This document shows positions 41,316-51,346 of a stretch of DNA of 64,000 nt, in pieces. The DNA is from Candidatus Thermofontivivens primus (GTDB taxonomy: Bacteria > Sysuimicrobiota > Sysuimicrobiia > Sysuimicrobiales > Thermofontiviventaceae): assembly GCA_031458695.1 (NCBI GenBank), contig JAVKJW010000009.1, positions 469-64,468 on the forward strand, in the 5' to 3' direction. The notes beneath the pieces are model-generated. The model had not been told where the DNA came from. It saw only the letters and a program-made list of their open reading frames with translations, and made no database searches. The translations under genes were made by a program, and so were the position numbers. Numbering within the stretch: the first letter of the stretch is position 1; the number at the start of each line of letters is the position of its first letter.

Positions 41316-42206
41316 ATGATGGGAATACCTGAGCATTGGAGGATCGATGGAGAGACGAGGGTCGTGGGGATCATTGGGGATCCTGTCTCGCACAGCCTCT
41401 CCCCACCCATGCACAACGCTGCGTTCGCGCACTACGGCATGAACTGGTGTTATCTTCCATTCCCCGTGTCCCCTTCCTTGTTACCAGATGCCATCCGTGG
41501 TTTGCGGGCGCTCGGTGTCGTGGGGGTGAATGTGACAATTCCCCATAAAGAGCCTGTCTTGCCCCTCCTCGATGAGGTGGAGGAGGAGGCAAAAATGATC
41601 GGTGCTGTGAATACGATCCACATCGTGGAGGGGAAGTGTTTGGGGTACAACACCGATGTGAGTGGCTTTCGCGAAGCGCTGCGCTCGGAAGCGCGGTTTG
41701 TCCCAACGGGGCGGAGAGTTGCAGTCTTGGGGGCGGGTGGAGGTGCGAGGGCGGTGTGTGCAGCCGTGGCGCGGGAAGGCGCAGAGGAGGTAATCATCCT
41801 GAACCGTACCCTCGCGCGGGCCCGGCGGCTGGCAGATGATCTGGCGAGGTTGTTCCCACAGGTCCGATTCTTCTTCCTCCCCCTCGAAGGAAAGCAAGTG
41901 AAGGAGCTGCTTCCCTCCTGCGACCTCGTTGTGCAGGCTACAAGTCTTGGGATGAAGGGGGAAGGGTCCCCGTTGCAGGATCCTACCGTCTTCCATGAGG
42001 GGATGGTGGTCGTGGACCTCGTCTATCACCCTCCTGAGACGCCGTTCCTGCGAATGGCGAGGGAGCGGGGGGCGAAAACGGTGAACGGCTTGTCGATGCT
42101 CGTCTACCAGGGGGCGAGAAGCTTTGAGATCTGGACGGGGCGCCCTGCCCCTATCGCTGTGATGAAGCAGGTGGTTGGCCTTTGGGCACACCAAAGGGAG
42201 GAGTAG
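41316..42206 (+). CDS. aroE: Shikimate dehydrogenase
   Basis: [29 protein letters not shown], Rossmann GAGGGARAV. Confidence 0.9.
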   Translation: MMGIPEHWRIDGETRVVGIIGDPVSHSLSPPMHNAAFAHYGMNWCYLPFPVSPSLLPDAIRGLRALGVVGVNVTIPHKEPVLPLLDEVEEEAKMIGAVNTIHIVEGKCLGYNTDVSGFREALRSEARFVPTGRRVAVLGAGGGARAVCAAVAREGAEEVIILNRTLARARRLADDLARLFPQVRFFFLPLEGKQVKELLPSCDLVVQATSLGMKGEGSPLQDPTVFHEGMVVVDLVYHPPETPFLRMARERGAKTVNGLSMLVYQGARSFEIWTGRPAPIAVMKQVVGLWAHQREE

Positions 42207-42210
42207 AGGG

Positions 42211-43329
42211 ATGCTTCGCTTCTACACCGCTGGGGAGTCGCACGGGAAAGGTCTTATCGCGATCCTAGAGGGCATGCCCGCGGGTGTGCCCATCCACGAA
42301 GAGTACATTCATGTCCAACTCAAGCGACGCCAACTGGGATATGGGCGTGGGGCGAGGATGAACATCGAACAGGACCGTGCAGAGATCCTCTCCGGCGTGA
42401 TCCGGGGAGAGACCAGCGGTGCTCCCATCGCCTTGTGGATAGCCAACCGGGATTGGCGTCCAGATGAACCCGATATCACAAGGCCGCGGCCTGGTCACGC
42501 AGATCTCACAGGTGCATTGAAGTACAACTTTCGGGATGTGCGCCGGGTCCTGGAACGGGCGAGCGCTAGGGAGACGGCCGCGCGGGTGGCGGCCGGAGCT
42601 GTCTGTCGACGGTTCCTGGAGGAGTTAGGGATCTCGATTTTGAGCCACGTTACAGAAATTGGTGGAGTGGCAGCAACATGGCGCCCAAAGCGCTGGGAGG
42701 AACTCCGCGAGGCGGCAGAGGCTTCGGAGGTGCGCTGTGCCGATCCGAACGCAGCTCGCCAGATGATGGCCGCGATCGACGTCGCGAGGGAAAGAGGAGA
42801 TACGCTGGGAGGCATTGTGGAGGTAGTTGCCCTGGGCGTCCCCCCGGGGTTAGGGAGCTACGTGCACTGGGATCGGAAGCTCGATGCACGGCTCGCTATG
42901 GCCTTGATGTCCATCAACGCCATCAAAGGGGTGGAAATTGGTCTTGGGTTCGCCGTGGCACGCACACCGGGCTCGCAAGCTCATGACGAGATCTTCTGGG
43001 AGGAGGGAGTGGGGTTTTACCGCGGGACGAACCGGGCGGGGGGAATCGAAGGTGGAATGAGCACCGGGGAGCCCATCGTTGTCCGCATCGCCATGAAACC
43101 CCTCTCTACTCTGCTACAGCCGCTGCGCTCGGTGGACCTCATCACGAAGGAACCTGTCGAGGCGGTCGTCGTGCGCAGCGACGTGTGCGCGGTTCCTGCA
43201 GCAGGAGTTGTGGCCGAGGCAATGGTTGCCATTGTCCTTGCCGATGCGGTGCTGGAGAAGTTCGGTGGCGATCACCTTTCTGACATCAAAAAGAGTTACG
43301 AGGAGTATAGGCAACGGATCAAAGAATGA
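42211..43329 (+). CDS. aroC: Chorismate synthase
   Basis: [16 protein letters not shown]-terminus, RPGHAD, later conserved blocks. ATG 42211 follows GGGAGGAG. Confidence 0.95.
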   Translation: MLRFYTAGESHGKGLIAILEGMPAGVPIHEEYIHVQLKRRQLGYGRGARMNIEQDRAEILSGVIRGETSGAPIALWIANRDWRPDEPDITRPRPGHADLTGALKYNFRDVRRVLERASARETAARVAAGAVCRRFLEELGISILSHVTEIGGVAATWRPKRWEELREAAEASEVRCADPNAARQMMAAIDVARERGDTLGGIVEVVALGVPPGLGSYVHWDRKLDARLAMALMSINAIKGVEIGLGFAVARTPGSQAHDEIFWEEGVGFYRGTNRAGGIEGGMSTGEPIVVRIAMKPLSTLLQPLRSVDLITKEPVEAVVVRSDVCAVPAAGVVAEAMVAIVLADAVLEKFGGDHLSDIKKSYEEYRQRIKE

Positions 43330-44930
43330 GAAACATCGTTCTTATCGGGTTCATGGGAACAGGGAAGACCGCGGTGGGGGAGAGGCTTGCTGGGCGCCTT
43401 GGGTGGGCTTTTGTGGATACGGACGGCTTGGTAGAAGCAAGGGAGGGGCGAACGATCCCGGAGATCTTTCAGAGTCAAGGGGAGGCGTATTTCCGTCACC
43501 TGGAATCCCAGGTCGTTGGGGAGGTCTGCCTGGGAGAGAGGCAGGTCATCGCCACAGGAGGAGGGGTAGTCCTGCGCCCAGAGAACCGGAAACTTCTCCG
43601 GGAGGCAGGGGTCGTGATCTCCCTTGTTGCTGAGCCAGAGGCGCTCCTTGCACGCCTGGGAAGCGCGGAGGGGAGGCCTCTTTTGGCCGGAAACGTCCAA
43701 GGAAACCTATTGCGCCTTCTCCGAGAGAGGGAGCCGCTCTATCGGGATGCCGATATCGTCCTGGATGTAACAGGGAAAGAACTGGAGGATGTCGTCAACG
43801 AGTGCCTTGACCGCCTTGGCGAAAGGGTGTGCGAGACGCTCACCGTGCGCACCCGGGAACGAGTCTACCCCGTGCACGTCGGAGAGGGAATTGTGAGCTT
43901 GCTCGGCTGGGCGTTGGGGAAAATCGCCTCTGGGCGGAGAGTAGCTCTCCTCACCCATCGAGATCTCCATGCCCGCTATGGAGAGATGGTGGTGAGAGCT
44001 CTGGAGGCCTCGGGATACGAAGTGACGGTGATCACAATCCCCTCTGGGGAAAGGACCAAGAGCTTACGTACAGCGCAGCGCCTCTATGATTGCCTTGCCT
44101 CTTCCCGCATAGATAGGAGCTCCATCCTTGTCGCAATGGGCGGAGGCGTCATCGGAGATGTGGGGGGATTCGTCGCTTCGACCTATATGCGGGGGATCCC
44201 CCTCGTGCATCTTCCTACCACCCTCCTCGCTCAAGTGGACAGTAGCATTGGGGGGAAGACAGCGGTCAACCATCCTAGAGCCAAGAATCTCGTGGGAACG
44301 TTCTACCAACCCCACATGGTGATGGCGGATGTAGCCTTCCTCCGCTCGCTCCCGAAGAGGGAAGTTCGTGCAGGCTTGGCGGAAGTGGTCAAGGCAGGGG
44401 TAGTCGGCGACCCTGACCTTTTCCTCCACCTGGAGCAGAACCATCGCCGGATTCTCTCCCTTGAGACCAACCCGCTGGTCGAGAGCATAAAGCGAGCTGT
44501 TGCTGTGAAAGTTCATGTCGTCGAGGAGGATGAGCGGGATCAAAACAAAAGGATGGTCCTAAACTATGGGCACACCATCGGGCACGCGCTTGAGGTTGCC
44601 GCGGGATTCCGGTACAGGCACGGGGAGGCCGTTGCCATTGGGATGGCCTTAGAAGCAGAGGTTGCAAGGCGAATGGGGCTCTTCCCTGAGGAAAGTGCCC
44701 GTCGTCAGGAGGAGCTCCTGCGTCACATAGGTCTCCCCACAAGGCCCAGAGCCGTCGAGCCTATGAAAGTACTCGAGGCGATGGCCCTGGATAAGAAGGC
44801 ACGTGGGGGGAAGCTCCGGTTCGCTTTGCCTGTAGCCATTGGGCACGTGGAGATCGTCGAAGACGTTCCTACCTCAATCCTTGAGGAGGTCCTGAGGGAT
44901 GGCGAGGATCCTTGTGGTACATGGTCCTAA
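43326..44930 (+). CDS. aroKB: Bifunctional shikimate kinase / 3-dehydroquinate synthase (AroK-AroB fusion)
   Basis: Single 534-aa ORF. N-terminal roughly 165 aa are shikimate kinase ([13 protein letters not shown]). The remainder is DHQ synthase ([53 protein letters not shown]). ATGA overlap with aroC. Confidence 0.9.
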   Translation: MRNIVLIGFMGTGKTAVGERLAGRLGWAFVDTDGLVEAREGRTIPEIFQSQGEAYFRHLESQVVGEVCLGERQVIATGGGVVLRPENRKLLREAGVVISLVAEPEALLARLGSAEGRPLLAGNVQGNLLRLLREREPLYRDADIVLDVTGKELEDVVNECLDRLGERVCETLTVRTRERVYPVHVGEGIVSLLGWALGKIASGRRVALLTHRDLHARYGEMVVRALEASGYEVTVITIPSGERTKSLRTAQRLYDCLASSRIDRSSILVAMGGGVIGDVGGFVASTYMRGIPLVHLPTTLLAQVDSSIGGKTAVNHPRAKNLVGTFYQPHMVMADVAFLRSLPKREVRAGLAEVVKAGVVGDPDLFLHLEQNHRRILSLETNPLVESIKRAVAVKVHVVEEDERDQNKRMVLNYGHTIGHALEVAAGFRYRHGEAVAIGMALEAEVARRMGLFPEESARRQEELLRHIGLPTRPRAVEPMKVLEAMALDKKARGGKLRFALPVAIGHVEIVEDVPTSILEEVLRDGEDPCGTWS

Positions 44931-45345
44931 CCTGAACCTCCTGGGAGAGCGCCAGCCGGAGATCTATGGAGGGCAGACCCTTGAGGAGATCAACCAGAGT
45001 CTCCTGGCTCTTGCGGCGGCCGAGGGCGTAGAGGTGGAGTTCTTTCAGAGCAACCACGAAGGTGCCATCATTGACCGCCTCCACCAGGCCAGGAATGTTG
45101 TGGATGCTGTTGTCATCAATCCCGGAGCGTTAGGGCACTATAGCTACGCGCTCAGGGATGCCATCGCGAGCCTTTCCATCCCTGTGGTCGAAGTTCACTT
45201 GAGCAACCTTCACGCACGGGAGGAGTTCCGTCACAGGCTTGTCCTGTCTCCGGTATGCAGGGGACAAGTGATGGGGTTCGGTCCATACAGCTACCTCTTG
45301 GGCCTGCGTGCAGCGATCCATTTGATCAGGGAGGGAGCAAGGTAG
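44899..45345 (+). CDS. aroQ: Type II 3-dehydroquinate dehydratase
   Basis: [42 protein letters not shown]. Confidence 0.93.
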   Translation: MARILVVHGPNLNLLGERQPEIYGGQTLEEINQSLLALAAAEGVEVEFFQSNHEGAIIDRLHQARNVVDAVVINPGALGHYSYALRDAIASLSIPVVEVHLSNLHAREEFRHRLVLSPVCRGQVMGFGPYSYLLGLRAAIHLIREGAR

Positions 45346-45348
45346 GAC

Positions 45349-45723
45349 ATGAAGGGGGCAATGGAGATGCGAGGGATTCGAGGTGCCACCGTCGCATCAG
45401 AGAATACAGAGGAGGCCATTCTCTCCGCGACCAAAGAGCTCCTTCAAGAGATGGTCAAGGCGAATGGGATCCACGCGCGGGACATTGCCGCGGTGATCTT
45501 CACAGCAACTCCAGATCTTGATGCCACATTTCCGGCGGAGGCAGGCCGTGCCCTCGGGTGGGTGACCGTTCCACTCCTTTGCGCACAGGAGTTGGATGTT
45601 CCAGACGCCCTCCCTCGCTGTATCCGGGTTCTCATGCTGGTGAACACGACGAAGTCCCAGGAGGAGATCGTCCACGTGTACCTGCGAGGAGCGGAGGTCC
45701 TCCGACCAGACCTCAACGCATAA
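45349..45723 (+). CDS. aroH: Chorismate mutase, AroH class
   Basis: [19 protein letters not shown]...[12 protein letters not shown]...[10 protein letters not shown]...[15 protein letters not shown] parallels Bacillus AroH. The real start may be ATG 45367. Confidence 0.85.
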   Translation: MKGAMEMRGIRGATVASENTEEAILSATKELLQEMVKANGIHARDIAAVIFTATPDLDATFPAEAGRALGWVTVPLLCAQELDVPDALPRCIRVLMLVNTTKSQEEIVHVYLRGAEVLRPDLNA

Positions 45724-45792
45724 GTACCCCGGCAAACGTCTCTAGACGTTTGCCGGCTCCCCGAAAATAGCCAGGAGGACGAAAAGGACGAA

Positions 45793-47076
45793 ATGGATCT
45801 CGTAGTTACCCCTGCGCCTAGGCTGCGCGGGCGCATCTTCCCCCCCGGAGATAAATCCATCTCTCACCGCGCGGTTATGCTCAGTGCCATTGCAGAAGGG
45901 GAAACGGTGGTGGAAGGGTTCTTGTGGGCTGCGGACTGCATCCAGACGGTTCGCTGTATGCGACGCTTGGGGGTTCCCATCGAGGAGGAGGCACATCGAC
46001 TGGTCGTCCACGGGGTAGGCCTTCGTGGTCTCAGGGAGGCGGAGGATGTTCTGGATGCAGGGAACTCCGGGACGACCATGCGTCTCCTCTGCGGGATCCT
46101 TGCGGGCCAGCCATTCTACACAGTGATGACCGGTGATGCCTCCCTGCGGAGACGGCCCATGGATCGTGTCGTGGTTCCCCTGCGGGAGATGGGTGCGAGG
46201 ATTGAAGGGAGGATGGGGGGTAAGTATGCCCCTCTCTCGATCCACGGGGGAAACCTCCGTGGCATTGACTACTCCCTCCCTGTTCCCAGCGCCCAGGTCA
46301 AGTCTGCGGTGCTTCTCGCGGGGCTCTACGCGGAGGGTTCTACAACCATCAGAGAGTCTATTCCCTCCCGGGATCATACTGAGCGGATGCTCACGGTTTT
46401 TGGGGCAGAGGTGTCCCGGGGCACGCAGTGGGTTACAGTGAAACCACCAGAAAGGCTATACGGTACGAAGATTCAGGTACCTGGAGACTTCTCCTCTGCA
46501 GCGTTCTTCATCGTTGCCGCGGCCGCGCATCCCAGAGCGGAAGTGGTGATTCAGAATGTCGGATTGAACCCCACAAGGACCGGGGCTTTAGAGGTTCTGC
46601 GAGAGATGGGTGCCCAGGTTGAGGTGATCCCCCATGGGGAGGTCGGTGGTGAACCAGTGGGTGAGATCTTCGTGCGCGGGGGTCCCCTCAGAGGGGTACG
46701 CATTGAGGGGGATCGGATTCCCCGGTTGATTGACGAGATTCCTATCCTGTGCATCGCTGCTGCTGTCGCGGAGGGGGAGACGGTGATTGAAGGGGCCGGC
46801 GAGCTGCGGGTAAAGGAGTCAGATCGCCTCGCGGCGATCGCTATAGGTCTGAGGGCCCTTGGGATCACCGTGGAGGAACTTCCTGAAGGCTTAGTCATCC
46901 GGGGAGGACGCTTCCGCGGAGGGAGGGTCCACAGTTTCGGCGACCACCGTATCGCTATGGCCTTTGCCATTGCAGGTTTGCTGAGCGAGGAACCCGTGAT
47001 GATAGAGGAGACCGACTGCATCGTGATCTCCTTCCCTGGGTTCAAAGAGGCCCTCCAACAGCTTATCCTCTCTTGA
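45793..47076 (+). CDS. aroA: 3-phosphoshikimate 1-carboxyvinyltransferase (EPSP synthase)
   Basis: 427 aa with PGDKSISHRA, LDAGNSGTTMRLL, RVKESDRL, DHRIAMAFA. Confidence 0.95.
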   Translation: MDLVVTPAPRLRGRIFPPGDKSISHRAVMLSAIAEGETVVEGFLWAADCIQTVRCMRRLGVPIEEEAHRLVVHGVGLRGLREAEDVLDAGNSGTTMRLLCGILAGQPFYTVMTGDASLRRRPMDRVVVPLREMGARIEGRMGGKYAPLSIHGGNLRGIDYSLPVPSAQVKSAVLLAGLYAEGSTTIRESIPSRDHTERMLTVFGAEVSRGTQWVTVKPPERLYGTKIQVPGDFSSAAFFIVAAAAHPRAEVVIQNVGLNPTRTGALEVLREMGAQVEVIPHGEVGGEPVGEIFVRGGPLRGVRIEGDRIPRLIDEIPILCIAAAVAEGETVIEGAGELRVKESDRLAAIAIGLRALGITVEELPEGLVIRGGRFRGGRVHSFGDHRIAMAFAIAGLLSEEPVMIEETDCIVISFPGFKEALQQLILS

Positions 47077-47109
47077 GGGAAGGTACTTCTTCATCCGATT
47101 CTTCGGGTT

Positions 47110-48873
47110 TTGGGCGAAGACCCAAACCTGGGAAAAACTCCTGTGAGAGGCGGTGTCGTGCGCGTGGGAGATCCAAGGAAATCGTTCCCTCGCAGATTCG
47201 TCCCCCCTGACGCGGAGATGGGGCGATGGGAGGAAATCGAGCGGGTGGGCCAGATCCTTCTGGCTACCCAGCCTGATTCGGTGGAAGCATTGGAGCGGTG
47301 GCTTGAGGATGTAAGCGAGCTTATGGCGTGTGTGGCTGAAGAGCGGACACGCCGCTACATCGCCATGACCTCTCAGACTGACGATCCCGAGCGAGAACAA
47401 GCTTACCTTACATTTGTCCGCGAGGTTGAACCAAAGGTCAAACTCCTGTGGCATCGCCTGGAGGAAGTCTATGTACAAAACCCACACCGGCGGAGCCTTC
47501 CAGAGCGGTACCGCCTCCTCGACAGAAAGATGGAAAACCGCGTTGCCCTCTTTCGCGAAGAGAACATCCCTCTGGAAATCCAGGAGGCCGAGCTGAAACA
47601 ACGCTACCAGAAGATCACCGGGGGGATGACGGTGATTTACCGAGGGGAGGAGCGAACACTCCAGCAGATCGCCAAGGTCTTAGAGGATCCGGACCGCTCC
47701 ACCCGCCAGGAGGCCTGGGGACTGATCACTGGACGCTGGCTCCAGGAGAGAGAAGCGCTGGAAGCGATCTTTGAGGATCTTCGAAAAGTGCGACAGCAGA
47801 TTGCAGAGAACGCCGGGTTCCTCACCTACCTGGAGTACGTCTTTCGTCGTTATGAGCGATTTGACTATACCCCGGAGGACTGCCTCCGCTTCCACGCCGT
47901 CGTGGAGAACCACGTCGTCCCGAGGGTAGAGAGACTCCTGCGAGAACGGCAGGCTCTCCTCGGCGTCGAGGACTTGCGGCCATGGGATCTCGATGTTGAT
48001 CCCTTAGGACGTCCGCCGCTCCGTCCCTTTAGGCAAGTCAGAGAACTCCTGGACAGCGCGGAAGAGGTGTTTCGCCAGATCGACCCTGAGTTCGCGGCGT
48101 ATTTCCGGTTTATGCGCGAGCAGGGCCTGCTGGATCTAGAGACCCGAAAAGGGAAAGCTCCAGGAGGATACCAGAGCGAGCTCTCCGAGCGCCGGTGGCC
48201 CTTTATCTTTATGAACGCCGCAGGCCTCGATCGTGATGTGCGCACCCTCCTCCACGAGGCGGGGCACGCGATTCACACATTCCTCACGCGAGAAGAACCA
48301 TTGCTTCCCTACCGCCATGCACCTCTTGAATTTGCCGAGGTTGCCTCTATGGGGATGGAACTACTGGCAGCGCCGTACTTCCATATGTTCTATCCGAACC
48401 CAGGGGATGCCCGCAGGGCTTACCGGTACCGCCTGGAGGAGATCTTCCTCCTTTTGCCTGTCGTCGCAATGGTCGACGCCTTCCAGCACTGGATATACAC
48501 ACATCCAGACCATACTTCCGAGGAGAGGAAGAGAGCGTGGAGAGAGATCCACTCACGGTTCTGGCCAGTGGTAGACTGGAAAGGGTATGAGGAAGCGCGG
48601 GACTTCTGGTGGCATCGCTGGCGCCACATTTTCCTCTATCCCTTCTACTTCATTGAGTACGGAATCGCCCAGCTCGGCGCCTTGCAAGTGTGGTTGAGAT
48701 CACGCGAAGACTATCGAGATGCCGTATCTCGCTACCGGGAAGCTTTAGCGCTGGGAGGGACGTGTCCACTCCCAGCGCTCTTTGCAGCGGCGGGCGGGCA
48801 ATTTTCTTTTGAGGAGGAGGTGGTGGTCCCCCTCCTCGATGCTCTCTCTGCCGAGCTCGAAACATTCCGTTAA
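47110..48873 (+). CDS. pepF: M3-family oligoendopeptidase (PepF-like)
   Basis: Zinc motif HEAGHAIH plus downstream E, about 580 aa as for M3B. The exact start is uncertain (track TTG 47110). Confidence 0.85.
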   Translation: MGEDPNLGKTPVRGGVVRVGDPRKSFPRRFVPPDAEMGRWEEIERVGQILLATQPDSVEALERWLEDVSELMACVAEERTRRYIAMTSQTDDPEREQAYLTFVREVEPKVKLLWHRLEEVYVQNPHRRSLPERYRLLDRKMENRVALFREENIPLEIQEAELKQRYQKITGGMTVIYRGEERTLQQIAKVLEDPDRSTRQEAWGLITGRWLQEREALEAIFEDLRKVRQQIAENAGFLTYLEYVFRRYERFDYTPEDCLRFHAVVENHVVPRVERLLRERQALLGVEDLRPWDLDVDPLGRPPLRPFRQVRELLDSAEEVFRQIDPEFAAYFRFMREQGLLDLETRKGKAPGGYQSELSERRWPFIFMNAAGLDRDVRTLLHEAGHAIHTFLTREEPLLPYRHAPLEFAEVASMGMELLAAPYFHMFYPNPGDARRAYRYRLEEIFLLLPVVAMVDAFQHWIYTHPDHTSEERKRAWREIHSRFWPVVDWKGYEEARDFWWHRWRHIFLYPFYFIEYGIAQLGALQVWLRSREDYRDAVSRYREALALGGTCPLPALFAAAGGQFSFEEEVVVPLLDALSAELETFR

Positions 48874-48952
48874 ATGTCTGAATGGTTGCCGGGGATCCCC
48901 TGAGGATATCCTCCGACTGGCTGGAGAATGGTGTACAATAGAATCGCAGGCT

Positions 48953-50023
48953 ATGGTGACGCGGACGGCTCGTCTGAGAACCCTGGCGGATCTCCTTGAT
49001 GGGCTCACTCGGCCTGGGGAGCTTTACGACTCCCTGCCGGAGGGAAAAGTGCGGTGTTACGCATGTGGCCATCGATGCGTGATCTTTGATGGGAACCGGG
49101 GGATCTGCAAGGTACGGTTCAATCGTGGAGGCACCCTCTACGTCCCCTGGGGATACGTCGCTGCCCTCCAGTGCGACCCCACAGAGAAAAAGCCTTTCTT
49201 CCACCTCCTCCCGGGTTCCCAAACGCTCACCTTCGGAATGCTCGGTTGCGACTTCCATTGCTCCTTCTGCCAGAACTGGCTGACCAGCCAAGCGTTAAGG
49301 GATCCTATCGCCGGGGTTGAGCCTGTAGAGATTTCGGCTGAGCAGATCGTTCAGTTCGCAAAGCGATATGGGGCACAAATTGTGGGCAGTTCCTACAACG
49401 AGCCCCTTATCACCACGGAATGGGCGGTAGAGATCTTCCGCCTGGCCAAGCGGGAGGGTCTTAGGGCTCTCTATGTGAGCAACGGCAACGCCACGCGAGA
49501 GGTCCTGGAGTACCTTCGTCCCTGGTGCGATGGCTACAAGATCGATTTAAAGACAATGAACGATCGGAATTACCGCACTCTTGGCGGGACCCTGGAGAAC
49601 GTCCTGAATACCATCAAGATGGCTTATGAGATGGGGTTTTGGGTAGAGGTGGTCACCCTCGTGATCCCTGGCTGGAATGACTCTGACCAAGAACTTCGTG
49701 CTGCCGCGGAGTTCATCGCCTCTGTCTCCCCGGACATCCCCTGGCATGTCACTGCCTTCCACAAGGACTATAAGATGACTGACCCAGAGAACACCCCTCC
49801 GGAAACCCTCATCCGGGCCGCCCGTATCGGGCAAGAGGCGGGGTTGCGCTATGTCTATGCGGGCAATCTTCCGGGGATGGTCGGGGAATATGAAAACACC
49901 TATTGCCCTCACTGCAAGACCCTCCTGATTCGGCGATGGGGGTATCACATTCCTCTCAACCGCCTCAGCCCCCATGGGAAGTGCCCAACCTGTGGAGCCA
50001 CCATCCCAGGCATCTGGAGTTAG
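48953..50023 (+). CDS. AmmeMemoRadiSam-system-type radical SAM enzyme (PflA-like activase fold)
   Basis: GKVRCYACGHRCVIFDGNRGICKVRFNRGGTLY...DPTEKKPFFHLLPGS...GCDFHCSFCQNW (CxxxCxxC) and C-terminal CPTCG. ATG 48953 avoids a 92-nt overlap with pepF. Confidence 0.8.
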   Translation: MVTRTARLRTLADLLDGLTRPGELYDSLPEGKVRCYACGHRCVIFDGNRGICKVRFNRGGTLYVPWGYVAALQCDPTEKKPFFHLLPGSQTLTFGMLGCDFHCSFCQNWLTSQALRDPIAGVEPVEISAEQIVQFAKRYGAQIVGSSYNEPLITTEWAVEIFRLAKREGLRALYVSNGNATREVLEYLRPWCDGYKIDLKTMNDRNYRTLGGTLENVLNTIKMAYEMGFWVEVVTLVIPGWNDSDQELRAAAEFIASVSPDIPWHVTAFHKDYKMTDPENTPPETLIRAARIGQEAGLRYVYAGNLPGMVGEYENTYCPHCKTLLIRRWGYHIPLNRLSPHGKCPTCGATIPGIWS

Positions 50024-50089
50024 GTACCCAGAAAACGCCGTTTGACCTATGCCGGTGCCTATTTGGGAGAACCATGGAAGGCTCCTGCC

Positions 50090-50118
50090 TTGCAACCCGC
50101 AACCTCGAGTGTTATCCT
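50090..50118 (+). promoter_or_regulatory. Candidate proBA promoter
   Basis: TTGCAA (50090-50095), 17 nt, TATCCT (50113-50118). Confidence 0.3.
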
Positions 50119-50176
50119 AATGGCTAACCACGAGATCCTTTGCACAAGTGCAGCAAGGAGGGCGGCTTTTGGGTAC

Positions 50177-51346
50177 ATGGATCATCGCACGTGGTGTACC
50201 AAGGCAAGGCGCGTTGTCGTCAAGGTGGGGACGAGCACCCTGACGGGGGGTGGCAGGGAACCCAATCGTTCCCGCCTTTCTGCCATCGCTGCGGATGTTG
50301 CCGCGGTTCACCGCCAGGGTCGGGAAGTCGTGCTGGTCTCTTCTGGGGCTATTGCCACGGGTGCCGCTCATGTTGGTCTTTCCCTCCCCGTGCGAGGCAT
50401 TTCCCTCCGCCAGGCCCTCGCTGCCATTGGGCAGCCAATCCTGATGGCCGCCTACGGACGAGCATTCGCCAAATTTGGCATTCCCATAGCTCAGGTCTTG
50501 CTGACACGGGAGGACGTGGAGGACAGGCGGCGCTACCTCAATGCAAGGAACACGCTCCTCACCCTTCTCCGGAGAAGGGTTCTCCCCATCGTGAACGAGA
50601 ACGATGCCGTCGCCACTGAGGAGATCCAAATCGGAGACAATGACAACCTCTCCGCCCTCGTGGCGAGCCTCATCGATGCCGACCTCCTGGTGATCCTCTC
50701 GGATGTCGATGGCCTCTACAATGATGACCCCAGGAGGAACCCAAAAGCCTCTCTGATCCCTCTGGTCGAGCGCATCGATAAGGCGATCGAGCAGCTGGCC
50801 CACAAGACACGCTCTCCCATAGGCGTTGGCGGGATGCTCACGAAGATCCAGGCTGCGCGCATCGGGACGGAATCGGCAGTAGCCGTTGTGATCGTGAACG
50901 GCGACACATCCCAGCCTGTTCAGAGGGTTCTCGCTGGGGAACCTCTGGGGACACTGTTCCTCCCCACGGGAAGGAGGTTGGCGAGCCGGAGGCGCTGGCT
51001 GGCATTTGGCGCGACTCCAAGAGGGACGGTGATAGTAGACCCAGGCGCGGTGGCTGCCCTTCACCGGGGGAAGAGCCTCCTCCCCTCGGGGATCAAGGAG
51101 GTACTGGGGGACTTCCAGTCTGGGGACCTGGTGGTCATTGCGGATCTGGAGGGGAGGGAGGTCGCACGGGGGCTTGTGAACTATAGCAAGGCGGAGCTGG
51201 AACGCATCAAGGGCCTACGGACCTCCCAGATTGAAGCCTTCCTGGGCTACAAGGGACATGAGGAGGCTGTCCATCGCGATAACATGGTGGTCCATCGATC
51301 CCTCATGGAGGAGAGGGGAGGGGGAAACAGTGCGCGATCCCGTTGA
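50177..51346 (+). CDS. proB: Glutamate 5-kinase (with PUA domain)
   Basis: RRVVVKVGTSTLT, AAK fold, C-terminal PUA (GTVIVDPGAVAAL...GDLVVI). ATG 50177 chosen; the track start 50042 adds 45 non-conserved residues. Confidence 0.92.
   Translation: MDHRTWCTKARRVVVKVGTSTLTGGGREPNRSRLSAIAADVAAVHRQGREVVLVSSGAIATGAAHVGLSLPVRGISLRQALAAIGQPILMAAYGRAFAKFGIPIAQVLLTREDVEDRRRYLNARNTLLTLLRRRVLPIVNENDAVATEEIQIGDNDNLSALVASLIDADLLVILSDVDGLYNDDPRRNPKASLIPLVERIDKAIEQLAHKTRSPIGVGGMLTKIQAARIGTESAVAVVIVNGDTSQPVQRVLAGEPLGTLFLPTGRRLASRRRWLAFGATPRGTVIVDPGAVAALHRGKSLLPSGIKEVLGDFQSGDLVVIADLEGREVARGLVNYSKAELERIKGLRTSQIEAFLGYKGHEEAVHRDNMVVHRSLMEERGGGNSARSR

Noticed and set aside
48891-48911. Adjacent perfect palindromes GGGGATCCCC and GGATATCC between pepF and the radical SAM gene
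   Set aside because: They have no loop, so they cannot form terminator hairpins. They are short enough to arise by chance (they equal BamHI/EcoRV-type sites) and no repeat copy occurs elsewhere in the window.
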